From positions 9,154 to 73,153 of the forward strand of contig CALHXW010000314.1 of assembly GCA_938040325.1 (NCBI GenBank): a stretch of DNA of 64,000 nt, read 5' to 3'. Under the pieces are notes generated by a model, which did not search any database, was not told the origin of the DNA, and saw nothing but the letters and a program-made list of their open reading frames with translations. Shown here in pieces: positions 24,772 to 30,429 of the stretch. Positions within the stretch are counted from its first letter, which is position 1. Each line of letters starts with the position of its first letter. The DNA comes from an uncultured bacterium. Its GTDB lineage: Bacteria > Myxococcota_A > UBA9042 > PHBI01. Position numbers and translations under genes: made by a program.

Positions 24772-25447
24772 CCCCCTCACGGCGCTCTTGATCATCAAGG
24801 CTCACAGCGTCCGCGTACCGAACAAGAACTTCCGCGAGCTCGCTGGCAAGCCCCTGTGTCGCCACATCCTTGCAACCCTTGAGCAGGTCAGCGACATCAC
24901 CCGCGTCGTCATCGACACCGACGCGCGCAGCCAGCTTGCCGCGGCTGGGGTCCATGACCGCGTCAGCGCAGGCGACCAGCGGCCGGTCATCATCGACCGC
25001 GAGCCCGCGCTCCTGGGCGATGAAGTCACGGCCAACGCGCTCATCGCGTCCATGCTCGGCCGGGTGGACGGCGAGCACTTTCTCATGACCCATGTCACCA
25101 ATCCCCTGCTCTCGGCCGACACCATCCGGAGCGCTATCGCCGCGTGGTGGACCGCTCTAGCCGCCGGTACGGCCGACTCGCTCATGTCGGTCACGAGACA
25201 CCAGGCGCGCTTCTACGATGCCGACGGCCAGCCGACAAACCACGAGCCAGCACGCTTGCTGCCAACACAACAGCTCCCGGTCCTCTACGAGGAAAACAGC
25301 CTCCTCTACCTCTTCACTCGCACGAGCTTCGCTGAGACGAAGAGCCGCGTGGGTGTCCGCCCGATGTTTTGGCCGACGCCAAAGATCGAGTCGGTCGACA
25401 TCGACACGCCCCAGGACTGGGACGTTGCAGCCGCCCTGCTGAGGTAG
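24764..25447 (+). CDS. Acylneuraminate/3-deoxy-ulosonate cytidylyltransferase family (CTP_transf_3-like)
   Basis: Motifs: ALLIIKAHSVRVPNKNFRELAGKPL at the N-terminus and ESVDIDTPQDWDVAAALL at the C-terminus. ATG at 24764 has GGAG 7 nt upstream and overlaps the SIS gene end. Confidence 0.8.
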   Translation: MPSPLTALLIIKAHSVRVPNKNFRELAGKPLCRHILATLEQVSDITRVVIDTDARSQLAAAGVHDRVSAGDQRPVIIDREPALLGDEVTANALIASMLGRVDGEHFLMTHVTNPLLSADTIRSAIAAWWTALAAGTADSLMSVTRHQARFYDADGQPTNHEPARLLPTQQLPVLYEENSLLYLFTRTSFAETKSRVGVRPMFWPTPKIESVDIDTPQDWDVAAALLR

Positions 25448-25482
25448 CCGCCGGCGCGTGGCCGAGCGGCGACGCTCACGCC

Positions 25483-26115
25483 TCAGCCGGCAGCCTCGGA
25501 CAAGAGCCTGCCGAGACGTCCGGCCACCCGTGTGGCTCGGGCTTCGGCGTCTGCGGGCGCCTTGGTCGGCAGCATCCCGTCGAGCTGCAGCATCGCCAGC
25601 CCGTGCACGGCGGCCCATGCCAGCTCGACGAGCTCAGCGAGCGGGATGTGAGCGCCGGTTCCTTCGCCTTGCGCCCGCTTGAGGGCCGAGGGCAGAAACG
25701 AGGCGGCGCGCCGCCTCGCCGTCGCCAGCTCGGGCGATGTGTCGAGCGAGGGTTGGGTTCGCCCGAACATCAACCTGAAGAGCTCCGGCTCGTCGGCAGC
25801 AAACCGCACGTAGGCCACGCCCAGCGACACCACTTCATCAATCGCGGCTCGCGGCACTCCAGCCGCTAGGTCGTCGTGATGCTGCTGGTGTGCGGCATGC
25901 AGCGTCGTGTTGAAGAGCGTAAACCCTTCCGTCAGCACCGCCGCGATCAGCGCCTCTCGGTCTGCGAAGTGTCGGTAGGGTGCACCGGTGCTGACCCCAG
26001 CGCGCCGCGCCAGGGCACGCAGCGACAGCTTCTCGACCCCGTCCTCTCGAATGGTGGCGAGTGCCGCTTTGACAAGCGTCTGCCGGAGGCTGCCGTGGTG
26101 GTACCTGTCTTTCAC
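25483..26115 (-). CDS. TetR/AcrR-family transcriptional regulator
   Basis: HTH segment LSLRALARRAGVSTGAPYRHFADREAL. GTG start at 26115 with GGAGAG upstream. Only the last 210 codons of the 697-aa track ORF are credible. Confidence 0.85.
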   Translation of the reverse strand: MKDRYHHGSLRQTLVKAALATIREDGVEKLSLRALARRAGVSTGAPYRHFADREALIAAVLTEGFTLFNTTLHAAHQQHHDDLAAGVPRAAIDEVVSLGVAYVRFAADEPELFRLMFGRTQPSLDTSPELATARRRAASFLPSALKRAQGEGTGAHIPLAELVELAWAAVHGLAMLQLDGMLPTKAPADAEARATRVAGRLGRLLSEAAG

Positions 26116-26149
26116 GTTGTCGCTCTCTCCCGCGGACGCCCGCCCGGCG

Positions 26150-26238
26150 CTTGCGGCAGCCCGAGCCGCAAGACTCGGTCCAAAGGTTGCATCCCGCGCC
26201 AGGATCGGCAACAGTCGCCGCCCGTAAGCACCGCTTAC
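26150..26238. promoter_or_regulatory. Two perfect palindromes in the TetR / oxidoreductase divergent intergenic region (candidate operators)
   Basis: CTTGCGGC-N7-GCCGCAAG at 26150-26172, and GTAAGC-acc-GCTTAC at 26224-26238, which lies just upstream of the AAGGAG RBS at 26247. Confidence 0.4.
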
Positions 26239-26259
26239 ATTGGCGTAAGGAGCGAGGGT

Positions 26260-27834
26260 TTGGGCAAGCAGGCTGTGGTGATTGGGACGGGCGCCGGGGG
26301 ACTGACCGCGGCGGTCGCGCTTGCGCAGGACGGCTATGACGTCACAGCGCTTGAGCGCGAGCGGCAGCTCGGCGGGTTTCTCAACCCCTTCAAGCGACGA
26401 AAGTACCACTTCGACCCTGGCGTTCACTACGTCGGGCAGTGCTCGCCTGGCGGTCAGATTCACCGCGTGCTGGACCGCTGCGGCATCGACGCAGAGGCGC
26501 TCTTTGCCCCTATGGACCAAGACGGCTACGACGTCTTGCGCTTCCCAGACTTCGAGTTCCGCGTGCCTCAAGGAATCGACGCCTATCGCGATCGTCTCGC
26601 GGCGGCGTTTCCGTCGGACACGCGCGCAATCGACCGCCTCGCTGCCGACATGCACGCGCTCAACACCGTCCTCCACCGCCGCTCTCGAGGGAGAAAGGTC
26701 CGCGCGTTGCCGCGCTTGGCGCCGCTCGCGCTCACCACCTTTGGCAAGTACCTTAGCCGCCTCACCCGCAACCCCAAGCTCCGCTCGGTGATCGCGGCGC
26801 AGGGCGGCGACTATGGTCTCCCTCCGAGCCGGACCCCGGCGCTGCTGGGCCTTGGACTCAACGTGCACTTCCTCGACCGCGGGAGCTTCTTTCCGCGCGG
26901 AGGCAGTGGCTCGCTGCGCGACGCCCTTGTCGCCGCCGGTCAGTCCCTTGGCGTTGTCTACCATCGGCGTGCGCCGGTCGCCGCCATCGAGCACGCCCGA
27001 GGCCGCGTCACTGGCGTCAGGACCGAGGCCGGACAGCGCTTCGCTGCGGATGTGGTGGTCAGCGCGATCGACCCCACGCTGACCTACGGACGACTGCTCG
27101 ATGAGAGCGCCATCTCCGCTCGGATGCAGCGCAAGGTCGCACGTAACATCACCTCCGTCGGCTCGCTCTGCCTGTACTACGGCATGAAACGCGACCTCCG
27201 CCAGCACGGCCTCGGGGCAGCCAACGTGTGGGACTATCCGACCTGGGACGTCGAGAACGCGTTCGCGTATGCGGTCGGCGACAGCGCTCGGGACGTGCCG
27301 GACGACCATGCCTTCTTCCTGTCGCCCAACTCCCTCAAAGACGACACGGGAGCGATGGCGCCGAGCGGCTGCAGCACGCTCGAGGTGGTCACGCTGACGT
27401 CGTTTGCGCCATACGCGCAGTGGGCAGACCAGCGCTCGTTCAAGCGGAGCGCGGGCTATCACGAGCTCAAAGCACAGGCCGCCGACGCCCTGCGCGCATC
27501 GGTCGACCGCCGCTGGCCTGGGCTCATCGGCGACGTGGAGGTGGAGGAGGTCTCCACCCCGGTCACCAACAATCACTTCGCCGGCGTGGTCGACGGCGGG
27601 ATCTACGGCCCGGCGGCGGTGCCGGAGCAGTTCGGGCCCAACGCCTACCGAGCGCGCGGCACGCTGACAGGACTCTACTTGGCTGGGGCTGGCGTCATTG
27701 GACCAGGTGTCGCTCCGAGCCTCGCCTCCGGGCTGATGGCGGCAAAGGCCGTGCGAAACGACCGGTCACGTGGCTTTGCCAACCGCGCTCGCAGCGCATC
27801 ACGCGCCACGCTCCGCCAGCTCAAGCTCGCCTGA
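26260..27834 (+). CDS. NAD(P)/FAD-dependent oxidoreductase, phytoene desaturase / RetSat-like family
   Basis: AVVIGTGAGGLTAAVALAQDGYDVTALERERQLGG is a GxGxxG dinucleotide fold. TTG start at 26260 lies 7 nt after AAGGAG. The upstream part of the 652-aa track ORF is antisense to the TetR gene. Confidence 0.85.
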   Translation: MGKQAVVIGTGAGGLTAAVALAQDGYDVTALERERQLGGFLNPFKRRKYHFDPGVHYVGQCSPGGQIHRVLDRCGIDAEALFAPMDQDGYDVLRFPDFEFRVPQGIDAYRDRLAAAFPSDTRAIDRLAADMHALNTVLHRRSRGRKVRALPRLAPLALTTFGKYLSRLTRNPKLRSVIAAQGGDYGLPPSRTPALLGLGLNVHFLDRGSFFPRGGSGSLRDALVAAGQSLGVVYHRRAPVAAIEHARGRVTGVRTEAGQRFAADVVVSAIDPTLTYGRLLDESAISARMQRKVARNITSVGSLCLYYGMKRDLRQHGLGAANVWDYPTWDVENAFAYAVGDSARDVPDDHAFFLSPNSLKDDTGAMAPSGCSTLEVVTLTSFAPYAQWADQRSFKRSAGYHELKAQAADALRASVDRRWPGLIGDVEVEEVSTPVTNNHFAGVVDGGIYGPAAVPEQFGPNAYRARGTLTGLYLAGAGVIGPGVAPSLASGLMAAKAVRNDRSRGFANRARSASRATLRQLKLA

Positions 27835-27845
27835 GACCAAGGCCG

Positions 27846-29018
27846 TCAGCGACGTGCAGACAACACAACGAACTTCGACGTTGCAACAACCACCGCGGAG
27901 CGACCAAAGAGCTGCTTAAGCCGCTCGGCATGACCCAGGTGTCGGTTTGCGACCACGAGAAGCTGTCCGCCCGGTCGCAGCGCACGCCGGGCGTCGGCAA
28001 ACATGTCGGACGCTACCCGCTCGGCCACCGCATGCTGCTCATGGAACGGCGGGTTGCACACCACAAGATCGATCGAGGCAGGCTCCACCACGCTCGCTAA
28101 GGCATCGGCCGCTTCAAACGTGACAGGCCCGTGGTCGCCGGGACGTGGCACAGCCGCGGCATTGTCCCGAGCGCTTGCGATGGCTTGGTAAGACTCGTCG
28201 ATGCCCAAGACCGCAGCGTTCGGACAGATCTGAGCGACCGCGAACGCGAGCACGCCATTGCCGCACCCGAGATCCACCGCCGCGACCGGTCGCGTCGACG
28301 CAGCGAGACCCTCCACGGCTTGGAGGTTGGCGAGCAGCAGCCGCGTGCCAAGATCGAGCCGCCCCCACGAGAACCCGTTGGGGCGGACGACGAGGGACCG
28401 GCCCAGCGACGGCACGTCAACCCGGCTAGGTGCGACGCGCGGTCGGCAGACCAGCGCGTCATCGAAGGTGGCCGTGGCCAGCCGAGCTTTCTTCCAGCCG
28501 AGGCTCGTCTTGGTCGGCCCGATGCAGGCCTCAAGCAGCTCGTAGGCCCGTCGCGGCGTGTGCTTGATCATGCCGCCCGCGACCACCTGAGCGCCAGCCG
28601 CAAGGTGCGGCCGCAACCGCAGGAGCTGATCCTCGAGCCACACCAGCGACTTCGGCAACCTCAACACCACCCGCTCGATGGGGCCTGCTGGATCCTTGTC
28701 GCCCGTCACCACCGTCACGGCCGTCGCGTCGAGCCCGTTGGCGACGAGGTTGTCGTCCATGGCCAGCCGGGCGCGGTGCGAGTCGCTCCACCACTGAAGG
28801 GCATAGCCATCACGCCGTGGCCCTTGCGCCGTCATGAGCAGCCCAGCAGCCAACGCCCCGAAGCGGTCGTTGGCTACGAGGGTCGCGGCACGGTCCTGCG
28901 GAACGGTCTTGAGCAGGTAGCGATCGGCCGCGTCGAAGGCTCTGAGAGCATCCGGCGTCGTCGCGCGGACCGGAGGCCGGCGCTGGAGCGTGACGGTGCG
29001 CCCCTCGCCGAGGTCCAT
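27846..29018 (-). CDS. RlmG/RsmC-like class I methyltransferase (NPPFH motif)
   Basis: Motifs: VDLGCGNGVLAFAVAQ (motif I) and LVVCNPPFH (motif IV), with an N-terminal duplicated-fold region as in rRNA m2G methyltransferases. ATG at 29018 lies 17 nt after the upstream stop. Confidence 0.75.
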   Translation of the reverse strand: MDLGEGRTVTLQRRPPVRATTPDALRAFDAADRYLLKTVPQDRAATLVANDRFGALAAGLLMTAQGPRRDGYALQWWSDSHRARLAMDDNLVANGLDATAVTVVTGDKDPAGPIERVVLRLPKSLVWLEDQLLRLRPHLAAGAQVVAGGMIKHTPRRAYELLEACIGPTKTSLGWKKARLATATFDDALVCRPRVAPSRVDVPSLGRSLVVRPNGFSWGRLDLGTRLLLANLQAVEGLAASTRPVAAVDLGCGNGVLAFAVAQICPNAAVLGIDESYQAIASARDNAAAVPRPGDHGPVTFEAADALASVVEPASIDLVVCNPPFHEQHAVAERVASDMFADARRALRPGGQLLVVANRHLGHAERLKQLFGRSAVVVATSKFVVLSARR

Positions 29019-29035
29019 CTCGGTGACGTCTGCGC

Positions 29036-30349
29036 TCACGGGATCGGTACGACGCCACGAGCACCGAAGCGCTCGACGTAGCCACGCCGAAGCCCCAAGC
29101 AACGAGCGCGCATCGAGCAGCCATCGCAGGGCTCAACGAAGACGCGGTCTGTGCGGTCCCACGCGCCGACATCAGCCACATGCAGTGACCGAACGGCGTC
29201 CACATGGTCGGGGTAGACGCACGGCGGGAACCCGCAGGTCCCCCCCACATCCACCGTCACGCCGGCCGACGCCAAGGTGCCGATCGCCTCCGAGAGCGGC
29301 ACACGGACTTCGTCGAGGGGCACAAGGCTCGCGTGATAGTGGGCGGCGTCAAAGCTCGGCGCGGGAAATGAGTAGGTCACGGAGCCCACGCGGCCGGCCG
29401 AGGCCGGCGTCACGAAGCGGTCCACGATCGTCTTGGCGTGCTGAGGCAAGCCGCCGACGGTGTCGGCATTGACCAGCGCGTTGAGGTCCACGTGGATACC
29501 AGCGGCCAGGGCATTGGCGATGCCCGCCATCGTGTGGGCCCAGGTTCCAGGCGCACGCGTGAGCTGATCGCTGATGCCTGCGTCGACCGAGTGAAGCGAC
29601 ACAAAGAGCCCGTCGACGCCGGCCTTCGCCAACCCGACAGCCAGGCTCTCGCGTCGCAGCTGCACGGCGTTCGTCTGGAGCTGTACCCGCAGTCCGTGGT
29701 GCTGTGTGGCGCGCTCGACAAGACCCACAAGCCCTCGAAACAAGGTCGGCTCCCCACCGGTGATGATGAGGCTCGCGATGCCTTGGGCTGCCAGCTCGTC
29801 GAGCCAGGTGGTGTAGAGTGCGTCGGGCGCGCCCGGCCAGCTGCGGTCCTGCCAGCAGAAGCCACAGTCCTGATTGCACCGGAACCCAAGACGCAGGTTG
29901 CCAACCTTGTGGGCGCCAACGCCTGTGACCTGACGAAACATCCAGTCTGAGACGTCGGTGAGCGCGGCGTGTTCGCGCACCGCTGCCCACAGCCCGGCCG
30001 CGAGGTCTTCGGTGTCGGCTCGTGCTGCGATCGTGGCGATCACGCGACGGCCAAGCGCAACCCGTGACGCCGGCGTGCTTGGTGGCGTTCTTAGGCCAAC
30101 CGCGTAGGTCCTGCGAGCCAGCTTTGGACGATGGAGCGTGCCGGGCGTGCCGAGGTCGATGTCGAGCGTGCCGTGCTCGCCCAGCGTGAGCTGCACGTGA
30201 AGAGCCACGGCTTCGTCGCTGCACGTGCGGACGCTCCAAACCAGCGGGATGGTCTCGCTCGCGCCGACAAGCTCCCGGAGAGCCGTCGTCACAGCCTCAC
30301 TCCGGGTTCCGACCCACGACGTCAGCGGCGGCGACTCGCGGGTCACCAC
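29036..30349 (-). CDS. Radical SAM enzyme with ~150-aa N-terminal unknown domain and C-terminal Cys cluster
   Basis: Motifs: LGFRCNQDCGFCWQD (CxxxCxxC) and ITGGEPTLF, with C-terminal GGTCGFPPC...EPCDGCSMRARC. GTG start at 30349 (uncertain). Confidence 0.8.
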   Translation of the reverse strand: MVTRESPPLTSWVGTRSEAVTTALRELVGASETIPLVWSVRTCSDEAVALHVQLTLGEHGTLDIDLGTPGTLHRPKLARRTYAVGLRTPPSTPASRVALGRRVIATIAARADTEDLAAGLWAAVREHAALTDVSDWMFRQVTGVGAHKVGNLRLGFRCNQDCGFCWQDRSWPGAPDALYTTWLDELAAQGIASLIITGGEPTLFRGLVGLVERATQHHGLRVQLQTNAVQLRRESLAVGLAKAGVDGLFVSLHSVDAGISDQLTRAPGTWAHTMAGIANALAAGIHVDLNALVNADTVGGLPQHAKTIVDRFVTPASAGRVGSVTYSFPAPSFDAAHYHASLVPLDEVRVPLSEAIGTLASAGVTVDVGGTCGFPPCVYPDHVDAVRSLHVADVGAWDRTDRVFVEPCDGCSMRARCLGLRRGYVERFGARGVVPIP

Positions 30350-30429
30350 GGAGCAACCTGCCCGGTTCGCTGCGCTCGCGTCGATTGGCGGTGATTGGAC
30401 ACGCGCCCTTATACCACGGCGTCTCGCCT

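Noticed and set aside
26116-27576. Upstream 487 codons of the 697-aa minus-strand ORF 25483..27576
   Set aside because: Only the last 210 codons encode a TetR regulator, with its own GTG and RBS. The remainder is antisense to the FAD oxidoreductase, which carries a clear GxGxxG fold on the plus strand.
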